Of a DNA stretch of 42,871 nucleotides, positions 1 through 8,298 are shown in pieces. The first letter of the stretch is position 1. Every line of letters begins with the position of its first letter. This DNA is from an uncultured Bacilli bacterium (GTDB taxonomy: Bacteria; Bacillota_I; Bacilli_A; RF39; UBA660), in NCBI GenBank assembly GCA_944350335.1, contig CALVOQ010000002.1:1-42871 (forward strand), read 5' to 3'. The notes below the pieces were generated by a model. The model was not told the origin of the DNA. It saw only the letters and a program-made list of their open reading frames with translations, and did not search any database. The position numbers were made by a program, and so were the translations under genes.

Positions 1-71
1 GCGTAGTACAACGGCTAGTACGCGGCCTTGCCAAGGCTGAGACGTGGGTTCGATTCCCATCGCTTGCTCCA
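1..71 (+). tRNA. tRNA-Gly (anticodon GCC), 5' end cut by window edge
   Basis: The cloverleaf is readable. D-stem gtac/gtac; anticodon stem cggcc/ggctg with loop ttGCCaa; T-arm gtggg-ttcgatt-cccat; acceptor 3' strand cgcttgc plus discriminator t plus CCA (69-71). About 4 nt of the 5' acceptor strand lie outside the window. Confidence 0.85.
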
Positions 72-81
72 TTTGAAGACA

Positions 82-117
82 ACTTACGAACCTATAAAGT
101 TTGTAAGTTTTTATTTT
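82..117 (+). terminator. rho-independent terminator after tRNA-Gly
   Basis: acttacgaac (82-91) pairs with gtttgtaagt (99-108), giving 10 bp with one G-U and a 7-nt loop, followed by T-run 109-117. Confidence 0.6.
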
Positions 118-382
118 ATATAAAACTAACAATTTATTAAAATAGACTATCTGAAAAAGAATAAGAAACATTTTTACAATAAACTTTTAATAGCTAATGA
201 TTTTAATAATTATCTTTTTTCAGTTGGTAATGAAGCACAAGAAATAGTAGATTTTTTTATAAATTGTCTTGTTAAAAATGAGAAAAATTTAACTGAAAAG
301 TCATAATCAGTTATAATGAGCAAATCTCAAATTCTATCAAATTATCAAAATCCGAGCTACTCAACAAATTGTAATTTAAATA

Positions 383-1327
383 TTACTTACACATTGTTTG
401 CTCGTAATTCATTGCATAATCACCAATAAATATATCCCTATTGCCACTAAGAGTATTACATTTAGTTATCGTAATATCATGTCCTTCTGATTTATAAATT
501 GATGTTCCTCCATCATCTAATGAACTAATAAAAGTCATATTGTCTGTTAGATTTTTAATACTATCATCCATTACCTGATCTGATGTTGTAATATGTTCTT
601 TTAAAGTTAATTTATAATTTGAATTAGTATAATAATATACTTCTTTTAAATTATCTGCCAAATAGATTTTTCTATTGTCTTTTGCTAAATATTCATTAAA
701 TTCAATATCCTTGTTATTGGTTGTCTTTACTACTTCTATTTTTTTACTTGAGTTTTCATCAATTACAGCAAACTCAACAGATATATATTTATTATCTACT
801 TGTTTTAAAATTCTATAACTTCCTAATGGTAATTCACCATATAACTTTGTCCAATCCATCACAAATTTTACTTCTCCATTATCATTAGGTATATATGCCA
901 TTTCATTGAACCCATAATTATCAATTAATGTTTTTACTTCAGCCCATTTTCCATCCATCTTTTTTTCTATTTTATACCACTGTCCATAACTATATGGTTT
1001 TTTATTAATATCCCTTATTATTATGGTAGCGCCCGTTGGTGAAATGTCATAAATATCAATACTTACATTTTCAATTTTTGCTATTTTTAATGTTGATACA
1101 CTATCAAAATGAATACTATTATATACTCGTAATCCTAAAATATTTATTTCCCATCCATCTTCATAACCAGAAGAAGATTCTGGATTTATTCTATGAACTT
1201 TTGTCACTTTATATAATATAGCTTTATATTCGATAGAACCTCCATCTTTTAACTGCATTTTAATTGGAATAAGCATAATAATAAATAGTACAATTATAGT
1301 AATAATAACTATATTCTTTTTTTTCAT
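383..1327 (-). CDS. membrane-anchored exported protein of unknown function (Ig-like beta-sandwich region)
   Basis: 314-aa ORF with an N-terminal hydrophobic anchor (IVIITIIVLFIIMLIPI). The central segment ISPTGATIIIRDINKKPYSYGQWYKIEKKMDGKWAEV...LPLGSYRILKQV resembles an Ig-like domain common in uncharacterised exported clostridial/erysipelotrichial proteins. No enzymatic motif seen. Confidence 0.6.
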   Translation of the reverse strand: MKKKNIVIITIIVLFIIMLIPIKMQLKDGGSIEYKAILYKVTKVHRINPESSSGYEDGWEINILGLRVYNSIHFDSVSTLKIAKIENVSIDIYDISPTGATIIIRDINKKPYSYGQWYKIEKKMDGKWAEVKTLIDNYGFNEMAYIPNDNGEVKFVMDWTKLYGELPLGSYRILKQVDNKYISVEFAVIDENSSKKIEVVKTTNNKDIEFNEYLAKDNRKIYLADNLKEVYYYTNSNYKLTLKEHITTSDQVMDDSIKNLTDNMTFISSLDDGGTSIYKSEGHDITITKCNTLSGNRDIFIGDYAMNYEQTMCK

Positions 1328-1677
1328 CGGTTACACCACCTTAATAAAATATTTTTAACTATTTACTATATAAATATAATACTATAAAAAGTAAATTTTT
1401 TTCATCAACTTTAATAATAAACTATTTTAATATTTTTATTTTGGTAATTTTAAAAATTATTATTTTACAAACAACTGCTAGTACTAAAAAATAAGTCCTA
1501 AATATTAATATCACTTAGAAAATTTATTTTACTAGTATTTATAAGGTTTTTGATCACTTATAAAACCTAATTAAACTTAAATAAGTTTAATAAAATCTAA
1601 ATAATTCATTTGATTTACATTTCTTTTTTATTTATATGTGTTTTAATTGCCATGATTATTTCTAATATAATATCTCT

Positions 1678-2091
1678 TTATTGACTACAAATAATTCCTT
1701 TTTTTCTATATTCGTTATCCATAGTATCTAATTCTTTTATAGTTAACCCCAAATCTTCAGAAGCTAAAAGGAAATTCCCAGGATATTCATCACTTACAAA
1801 TTCCCAAAAGTTAAATAAAGATTCTGAAACAAGTTCATTTATATTATTATTATTTTGTAATAGTCTTTCTTTTATTATTGATTTTAATTCTTTTCTTCTT
1901 GAATTCATTATAAAATTTTTATCTATATCAAAGTCATATTTAGAAATCTTAATTTCCAAATATTCTAATAATTCTTTTATTTCAGATAAGGTCATTGATT
2001 TTGACCATATTTTATTACTATCTACTGAATTTATGAGTTCTTCTCTACTTAAATAATTTCTTTTTTTTATAAAATTAAACATGTTAATCAT
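1678..2091 (-). CDS. hypothetical cytoplasmic protein (137 aa)
   Basis: Long ORF in an AT-rich context with a weak RBS. No TM segment and no motif I recognise. The size and the ...YPGNFLLASEDLG... segment are faintly reminiscent of small SUKH-type immunity proteins, which is speculative. Confidence 0.45.
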   Translation of the reverse strand: MINMFNFIKKRNYLSREELINSVDSNKIWSKSMTLSEIKELLEYLEIKISKYDFDIDKNFIMNSRRKELKSIIKERLLQNNNNINELVSESLFNFWEFVSDEYPGNFLLASEDLGLTIKELDTMDNEYRKKGIICSQ

Positions 2092-2230
2092 TTTTCTTTT
2101 ATTTAATTATATATCATTTTTAATTTTTTTGCTATATTTTACCGAAAAGACTCTATAATAATTTTAGTGATTAGTTGTTTATCAACTTTATTATTGAAGT
2201 TTCGGATTACTTTTGTTATCACTCCATTTG

Positions 2231-2262
2231 AAAAAAATTACAAACTTAATTGGTTCGTAAGT
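2231..2262 (-). terminator. rho-independent terminator (minus strand) downstream of the 2634..3362 gene
   Basis: On the minus strand, acttacgaac ... aagtttgtaa forms a stem followed by a run of 7 T (plus-strand aaaaaaa at 2231-2237). The sequence is a near-copy, inverted, of the terminator at 82-108. Confidence 0.55.
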
Positions 2263-2633
2263 TTTATATAATAAAATATATTAACTAAACAAGTATAAAT
2301 TATTTTAAATCTAAAAAAATGAATATAAATAACTTTAATATTTTTAATGAAAAATCATATAAAATTATACAAGTCTATTAAACTTGCAAACGAAACAACT
2401 TTTAATTTAAACACTTCAAATAGATTGATAGGGTACTATTGGGAAATATTTTAAATAAATTAATAAAGATGTAAATGAAATGCAAAAATATTAAAAGTTA
2501 AAAAAAAGATGATTTTGAAAAATAATCAAATTCACCTTTTTTTCATTAATAGATAGGGGAGTTATTAATTATTCATGGCATCAAACTGTTATACCATTGT
2601 CATGTTATCAAATTGACGTTGCTTATCGAGGGT

Positions 2634-3362
2634 TTATATAAATTTTCTTCCACTTTCTTCTATAAATGAGTCATTTATAATATTACCTTTAATTTGCTCG
2701 AGCGCATCAAAATACGCAGGTGTATATGCACCGGCTTGCAAAGACAATTCTTTATCTTGCATTAAACTATCGATAACAATTGGAACTTGTTCAACAAATC
2801 TTGGATGATCTTGCCCAGTTAATTCATGATATCTTGAATTGAATCTAGCTGCAATGATAGGATCATTAAATGGATAATATGGTGTTCCATTTATCATAAC
2901 CGCATCTCCATTATAGTAATTCAATTGTTGATTTACTTCTGTCGCACTTGCATTATCCAAACGATTTAAAACATCATAAAAATCTTGTATAGGATGATGG
3001 TTTTCTGTTATCTCGGGTCCTTTATTTTTATGAGTTATATTATTTTTAATTTGCTCGAGCTCATCGAAATACGCAGGTGTATATGCACCTGCTTGTAAAG
3101 ACAATTCTTTATCTTGCATTAAACTATCGATAACAATTGGAGCTTGTTCTACAAATCTCGGATGATCTTGCCCAGTTAAGTCATGATATCTTGAATTGAA
3201 TCTAGCCGCAATGATAGGATCATTAAATGGATAATATGATGTTCCATTTATCATAACCGCATGTCCATTGTAGTAATTTAATAATTCATTTACATCATTC
3301 AAATTGGCATTTTCTAAATTGTTAAGTATGTTTTGCATTCTTTCTAAAATATGTTTATTCAT
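2634..3362 (-). CDS. hypothetical protein built from two ~119-aa tandem repeats
   Basis: 242-aa ORF with a good RBS (aatggaggtaaattATG on the minus strand). Two near-identical halves read ...NYYNG(H/D)AVMINGT(S/P)YYPFNDPIIAARFNSRYH(D/E)LTGQDHPRFVEQ(A/V)PIVIDSLMQDKELSLQAGAYTPAYFD(E/A)LEQIK... No family recognised. Confidence 0.65.
   Translation of the reverse strand: MNKHILERMQNILNNLENANLNDVNELLNYYNGHAVMINGTSYYPFNDPIIAARFNSRYHDLTGQDHPRFVEQAPIVIDSLMQDKELSLQAGAYTPAYFDELEQIKNNITHKNKGPEITENHHPIQDFYDVLNRLDNASATEVNQQLNYYNGDAVMINGTPYYPFNDPIIAARFNSRYHELTGQDHPRFVEQVPIVIDSLMQDKELSLQAGAYTPAYFDALEQIKGNIINDSFIEESGRKFI
2691..3305. repeat. intragenic tandem duplication, period 357 bp (119 codons)
   Basis: aatttgctcgagc... 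starts at 2691 and again at 3048. The two copies stay alignable base-for-base over about 250 bp with only scattered substitutions, and they remain in frame. Confidence 0.8.
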
Positions 3363-3559
3363 AATTTACCTCCATTCATGTAAACACAAATTAATTATAC
3401 CATAAATTTTTGTATTATTTAACAATAAATTTCGATAAAATGCTATTTCACAATTAATATAGAACTAATAAATTGCCGATTAGCAAAAAGTTATAAATGC
3501 TTTAACAATCACTTTATAAAAGTTATAACGTCTATAAATGTGGAATTTTTTGGCTACTA

Positions 3560-4222
3560 TTATTTTAAACTATCTGCCCATTCACTAATTTCAGAATCTG
3601 ATGGATTAGAACTAAAGCGACGACCATTTTGCCAATTGCCAGTTCCAGCAAGTTCTGCAAGTAAATCTCCGCTTTGTCCTAGACCACTTGATGATGAAGT
3701 ACAAAATGGAATAACTGTTTTTCCAGTGAAATCATTTGCTTCTACAAAAGTATTAACTGGCCAAGCAGCAACACCCCACCAAATAGGGTATCCAATTAAA
3801 ATAGTGTCATAATTTTCCCAATTAGAAACAGTAGTACTAGTTAGTTCTACATTTCTTAAAGATTCATTTTCATGCTCTCTTGTGACTCTGGAATCATCAT
3901 CAGTCCAATTTAAATCTTCATTTGTGTAAGGATCTAGTGGTATTATTGCAAATATATCAGCATTTAAGCTTTCTGCAAGTTTATTTGAAACGGCCTCTGT
4001 ATTTCCGGTAGCTGAATAATAAACGACTAAAGTATTTGACTTACTAATTTCGTTATTTTTGTCGTTAGTGTCGTTTCCACTATTAATATTATTTTCATTA
4101 TTATTTTGATTATTTTCTTTGTTTTGTGTATTGTTTGATAAATCATTTAATATAAAATAAGTGCCTACACTTAATATTAAAACAGCAATAAGTACAATTC
4201 CTATAATCATATTTCTATTCAT
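3560..4222 (-). CDS. flavodoxin-like FMN-binding protein with N-terminal membrane anchor and Asn-rich linker
   Basis: Flavodoxin-like motifs LVVYYSATGNTE, ILIGYPIWWG and IPFCTSSSSG. N-terminal TM segment IIGIVLIAVLILSVGTYFIL, then low complexity NNTQNKENNQNNNENNINSGNDTNDKNN. The ATG at 4222 (MNRNMII) is preferred over the track's TTG at 4234. It starts 2 nt after the AKR stop. Confidence 0.7.
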   Translation of the reverse strand: MNRNMIIGIVLIAVLILSVGTYFILNDLSNNTQNKENNQNNNENNINSGNDTNDKNNEISKSNTLVVYYSATGNTEAVSNKLAESLNADIFAIIPLDPYTNEDLNWTDDDSRVTREHENESLRNVELTSTTVSNWENYDTILIGYPIWWGVAAWPVNTFVEANDFTGKTVIPFCTSSSSGLGQSGDLLAELAGTGNWQNGRRFSSNPSDSEISEWADSLK

Positions 4223-4224
4223 TT

Positions 4225-5118
4225 TTAATCCCAACCTTTCTTTTCCTTGCGAAAATCTACATTTTCTCTTCTTTGTTCAGTCGTTTTATCAAACCATTCT
4301 ACCATTTTAGGGTCTTGATGATTAAAAAACAAGCTGTCGTTTTGATCTAATTTTTTAATATTATTCATATCTTCATCACTTAACTCAAAATCAAAAACAT
4401 CAAAGTTTTCTTGCATTCTTTTTATATGAGTTGATTTACAAGCAATTATGACTCCGCGTTGTATTAACCATCTAAGGATTACTTGCGCGGCGCTTTTGTT
4501 ATATTTCTTACCAATATTTACAAGCGTTTCATTAGTAAACATTCCGCTTTTTCCTTCACCAAATGGAGCCCACGCTTCAATTGCAACACCATATTTTTCC
4601 ATATTTTCTTGCGCTTTAATTTGTTGGTTTAATGGGTTGGTTTCCACCTGGTTAACTGCTGGTATAACATCGCGGTTAAATAAGCAAATATCAGTTAAAC
4701 GATCAGGATAGAAGTTACTTACACCAATAGCTTTAATTCTACCTTGATGATATAACTCTTCTAAAGCTTTATAAGCTCCATAATAATCACTAAATGGTTG
4801 ATGAAGTAAGACTAAATCAATATAATCAGTTTGTAATTTTTTTAAAGATTCTTCAATTGAGGTTTTACATTTTTCATAACCATAATTATCTATCCAAACT
4901 TTGGTAGTAATGAACAAATCTTCTCTAGGTAATCCACATTCTTTTATTGCTTCTCCGACTTCACTTTCATTAAAATAACTTTGGGCAGTATCAATTGCTC
5001 TAAAACCCACTTTAATAGCGTCTAATACACATCTTTTTGTATCTTCTTTTGGAATTTGATAAACTCCAAAGCCTAATATAGGCATTTTAATACCATTATT
5101 TAATGTTACATATTCCAT
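4225..5118 (-). CDS. aldo/keto reductase
   Basis: MEYVTLNNGIKMPILGFGVYQ N-terminus. AKR tetrad context is present: DTAQSY, ITTKVW, LLHQP. The start is moved to the ATG at 5118, preceded by ggaaggaagag; the track ORF extends 28 codons upstream without an RBS. Confidence 0.85.
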   Translation of the reverse strand: MEYVTLNNGIKMPILGFGVYQIPKEDTKRCVLDAIKVGFRAIDTAQSYFNESEVGEAIKECGLPREDLFITTKVWIDNYGYEKCKTSIEESLKKLQTDYIDLVLLHQPFSDYYGAYKALEELYHQGRIKAIGVSNFYPDRLTDICLFNRDVIPAVNQVETNPLNQQIKAQENMEKYGVAIEAWAPFGEGKSGMFTNETLVNIGKKYNKSAAQVILRWLIQRGVIIACKSTHIKRMQENFDVFDFELSDEDMNNIKKLDQNDSLFFNHQDPKMVEWFDKTTEQRRENVDFRKEKKGWD

Positions 5119-5139
5119 ATTTTCTCTTCCTTCCTTTCC

Positions 5140-5202
5140 TTGACAACTAAAATTCTCTTTAGTACAATTTAATTGTATAACATGGGTGTAACACACGGTC
5201 AA
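5140..5202. promoter_or_regulatory. overlapping divergent promoters between the AKR operon and the MerR-family gene
   Basis: Plus strand: TTGACA (5140-5145), 17 nt, TACAAT (5163-5168). Minus strand: TTGACC (5202-5197), 19 nt, TACAAT (5177-5172). The two -10 boxes form the palindrome tacaatttaattgta. Small dyads are ctaaa-N6-tttag (5147-5162) and gtgt-a-acac (5186-5194). A 19-bp spacer is the MerR-family hallmark. Confidence 0.4.
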
Positions 5203-5218
5203 TAGTTTTTTAAAAGAG

Positions 5219-5635
5219 GTGATGAAGGTGTATTATACAATGAAGCAAGCATGCGAAAAAACGGGGCTTACCTATGATACTTTAAAATTCTACTGTAACG
5301 AAGGACTCGTACCAAATGTAAAGAGAGATAAAAATAATTATCGTATTTTTAATGATAAAGATATCGCGTGGATTGATTCTTTGTCATGTCTTAAAAATTG
5401 TGGAATGAGTATAGTTGAAATGAAAGAGTATCTTTCTCTATGTCTTGAAGGCGAAACGTCAATTCCGCAAAGGCAAAAAATATTAGATACTAAATTGCAA
5501 GAACTTGATAACAAAATGACCGAATTACAAAAAAGCATTGATTTTATTCATTGGAAGCAAGGATTTTATAATGATGTGTTAAGTGGAAAAGTAAAATATT
5601 ATAGTAATTTAGTTCAAACAAAAAATAATAAATGA
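5219..5635 (+). CDS. MerR-family transcriptional regulator
   Basis: N-terminal winged HTH YTMKQACEKTGLTYDTLKFYCNEGLV...YRIFNDKDIAWI, then a coiled-coil dimerisation helix. The start is ambiguous: GTG 5219, ATG 5222 or GTG 5228. The last has the best spacing to aaagaggtg. Confidence 0.85.
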   Translation: MMKVYYTMKQACEKTGLTYDTLKFYCNEGLVPNVKRDKNNYRIFNDKDIAWIDSLSCLKNCGMSIVEMKEYLSLCLEGETSIPQRQKILDTKLQELDNKMTELQKSIDFIHWKQGFYNDVLSGKVKYYSNLVQTKNNK

Positions 5636-5668
5636 GAAATAACTTTATTTATTTTCATCATTTGTATT

Positions 5669-6718
5669 CTATTCTGATATAAACAAGGTTTTTATAACTT
5701 CTAAAATAAAATCTTTTTCTCTTTTATTAAGTTTTTTTGTTTCTTTTATTATATTTATAAATGCATTTAATTGTGTTTTTTTATCAGAAGTTTTTATAGT
5801 TGCAAAACTTGTTTCAATTAAACTAAATATTGTTGTGACAAATCTTTCTCTTTTTATATAGTCGTAAGTATTAACCCACTTAGATATTCTATTTTCTAAC
5901 TGAGTAGAAGATTCAGTTCTAATTCCTGGTTCAAAATATTCACCAAAACATTGCCATGTTGTTGCATCGTGTTGTAACATTCCTTTTGCATTACTTTTTA
6001 CAATAATAATATTGTTTTGATGATTTAATAAATAGGCTATAATTCCATTTTCTGGCGTAAATGTGACTAATTTTGTGTTTATTGTTTCCCATTCTTTGCA
6101 GTTAAATTGTTCTAAATTAAACCCAGGGCCATCATTATTATAAATTTTTTGTATTCTTTTTTTGATATCAGTTTTAGCATACATTGCGGAACACATCGCT
6201 AAATTACCGCCTTTTGAATGTCCGCCTATATATATTTTTTTATCTTTATTTTTTATAACGTCGTTTATGTATTTTATTGCTAATTCTTGTGCTTTTACCG
6301 GAAACTTATATGACATTTCAAAGTCTTCTTTCCATCCCAATAAAGATTTATCCGTTCCTTCAAAAGCAATATAGATTTCGTTTTTATTAAATCTAAAACT
6401 TATAGCTCCAAATTGTGTATTTTCATTAGATTTTATATAGTTATATAGTTCTATATTTTTATATCTAGTTTTTGTAGACATTACCTCTAAAAGTTTTATA
6501 AATTTTTTTCGTAAAAATCCAAATTTTTTTATTTCATTTTCATCATATTTTATAAAAAATAATTTAGACATTTCCTCTAATGTAATTTTGTTTTTAAATA
6601 ACCCTTCGTAATTTAAATAAATTAATTGACTTAATAACACGTTATCAACATCGTTAAAACTTTTTTCCTTAAAACTTATGTTTCCATATATTTCAATGTA
6701 TTTTAACAAACTGTCCAT
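5669..6718 (-). CDS. Mbeg1-like (DUF2974) alpha/beta-hydrolase-fold protein
   Basis: Nucleophile-elbow context IYIGGHSKGGNLAMCSA preceded by AFEGTD, characteristic of the DUF2974 lipase-like family. RBS aaggtga. Confidence 0.7.
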   Translation of the reverse strand: MDSLLKYIEIYGNISFKEKSFNDVDNVLLSQLIYLNYEGLFKNKITLEEMSKLFFIKYDENEIKKFGFLRKKFIKLLEVMSTKTRYKNIELYNYIKSNENTQFGAISFRFNKNEIYIAFEGTDKSLLGWKEDFEMSYKFPVKAQELAIKYINDVIKNKDKKIYIGGHSKGGNLAMCSAMYAKTDIKKRIQKIYNNDGPGFNLEQFNCKEWETINTKLVTFTPENGIIAYLLNHQNNIIIVKSNAKGMLQHDATTWQCFGEYFEPGIRTESSTQLENRISKWVNTYDYIKRERFVTTIFSLIETSFATIKTSDKKTQLNAFINIIKETKKLNKREKDFILEVIKTLFISE

Positions 6719-6797
6719 ATAATCACCTTAATTAATTTTATCATATTTTTTTAAATAAGTTTAGTTAATTGTGATATAATTAATTTAAAGTGATAAT

Positions 6798-7670
6798 ATG
6801 AAGTATATAAAAAAAGTAATTGTATTTGTGTTAATAGCAGTTATTGTTTTGATTTTTAAAAATTATGATAGTTACACTTTGAGTAGTAATCCAGTTATTT
6901 TAGATGATAAACTATTTGTAAACTTTATTGATGTCGGGCAAGGCGATTCAATATTTATTGAGTTACCTAATAATGAAACTATGTTAATTGATGCTGGCGA
7001 AAAATATGAAAGTGCTAATGTTATAGATTTCATAAATGATAAAGGTTATAGTAAAATTGACTATTTAATTGGGACACATCCTCATTCAGATCATATAGGT
7101 GGATTAACTGATGTTATAAATTCATATGATGTAAAAGAAATATATTTACCTAAGGTTATCCACACAAGTCAAACTTACGAAACTTTATTAAATACTATTG
7201 ATAGTTTGAAATTAAAAGTAAATGCGGCATTTAGCGGAATGGTTATATTTCAAGATGAGAATTTAAAAATCACTATTTTATCTCCTACTGTAGAGGAGTA
7301 CAGTAATCTCAATAATTATTCTGTTGTAGTTAAATTAGAATATGGTGCTACTAGTTTCTTATTTATGGGGGATGCTGAAGCATTAGTTGAAAAAGACATA
7401 ATTGAATATGCTAATTCAGATGTTATTAAAGTAGGGCATCATGGTAGTGATACATCTTCAAGTATAGATTTTGTGAATACCGTTGATGCGGATTACGCTG
7501 TTATAATGTCTGGAAAAGATAATCAGTACGATTTACCAAGTAGTAATGTAGTAGATAGATGGACTAAGAGTGGTGCAAAAGTGTTTAATACTAGTGTAAA
7601 TGGTAATATAATTTTTAGTTCAGATGGAAATAATATTTTTGTTGAGGTGGAATATGAAGGTAATAGTTGA
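6798..7670 (+). CDS. membrane-anchored MBL-fold hydrolase (ComEC C-terminal-domain-like)
   Basis: N-terminal TM segment. Metallo-beta-lactamase motifs DVGQGDS, THPHSDHIGG, FMGDAE, VGHHGS. Confidence 0.8.
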   Translation: MKYIKKVIVFVLIAVIVLIFKNYDSYTLSSNPVILDDKLFVNFIDVGQGDSIFIELPNNETMLIDAGEKYESANVIDFINDKGYSKIDYLIGTHPHSDHIGGLTDVINSYDVKEIYLPKVIHTSQTYETLLNTIDSLKLKVNAAFSGMVIFQDENLKITILSPTVEEYSNLNNYSVVVKLEYGATSFLFMGDAEALVEKDIIEYANSDVIKVGHHGSDTSSSIDFVNTVDADYAVIMSGKDNQYDLPSSNVVDRWTKSGAKVFNTSVNGNIIFSSDGNNIFVEVEYEGNS

Positions 7671-7848
7671 TAGAATTGAAAATGATTTTTGTGTAGTTGA
7701 ATTGAAAAATGGCACTTTCTGTAATCTGCCACTTCTTTTGGTACCTTCTGCTAAAGAGGGCGATGTAATAGAAATAAAAATACTAAACGATGAAACTGAT
7801 ATTAGAAAAAAAAATATAAAAAAATTAGTTGATAAGGTTTTTAAGTAA
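7654..7848 (+). CDS. DUF3006-like small protein
   Basis: MKVIVDRIENDFCVVELKNGTFCNLPLLLVPSAKEGDVIEI matches the DUF3006 pattern, which commonly follows ComEC-like MBL genes. ATG 7654 is preceded by gaggtgg and overlaps the upstream stop. Confidence 0.6.
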   Translation: MKVIVDRIENDFCVVELKNGTFCNLPLLLVPSAKEGDVIEIKILNDETDIRKKNIKKLVDKVFK

Positions 7849-8053
7849 TTTTCAGTTTATTATAACTATTTTAAAGTTACAATAGTTTGTATATTTACGT
7901 ATAAAATTAAAATATTTGTATTTTATTACATAATATAGTATAATTAATTTGTGAATTTAGAGGGGCACTGGATTATTTATGTTTATGGACCATAAAATTA
8001 AAAATTGAATATTTGGTAAAACAAAGACGATAAAAGAAAAGGAACGTGAAATA

Positions 8054-8266
8054 ATGGAAGTTATATTATTAATTGTATCTGTACTTTTAATTGCTATTGT
8101 GCTTTTACAAAGTAATAAGGCGAGTGAAGCAGGACAAATAATTACTGGTGGTAATACAATACTTATGGGTAATATGAAAGAAAGAGGAAGTGAAAAGTTT
8201 ATAACTAGATTAACTTATGTTTTAGGTTTTCTCTTTATAATTATTTCATTAATCTTGTCTATTTAA
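8054..8266 (+). CDS. secG: preprotein translocase subunit SecG
   Basis: 70 aa with two TM helices; LLIAIVLLQSNKASEAG...GG matches the SecG pattern. RBS aaaagga. Confidence 0.7.
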   Translation: MEVILLIVSVLLIAIVLLQSNKASEAGQIITGGNTILMGNMKERGSEKFITRLTYVLGFLFIIISLILSI

Positions 8267-8289
8267 AGAAAGCAAACGCTTTCTTTTTT
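8265..8289 (+). terminator. rho-independent terminator after secG
   Basis: aaagaaagc / gctttcttt stem with loop aaac, followed by ttt. Confidence 0.6.
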
Positions 8290-8298
8290 AGGATATTT

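Noticed and set aside
130-306. 58-codon open frame downstream of tRNA-Gly (..NKLLIANDFNNYLFSVGNEAQEIVDFFINCLVKNEKNLTEKS).
   Set aside because: It has no ATG/GTG/TTG with an SD and no recognisable motif. It could be the 3' relic of a disrupted gene, but I cannot support that from the sequence alone.
3540-3812. 90-aa plus-strand ORF overlapping the flavodoxin gene.
   Set aside because: It is antisense to a gene with clear flavodoxin motifs, has no SD, and its start lies in the downstream spacer.
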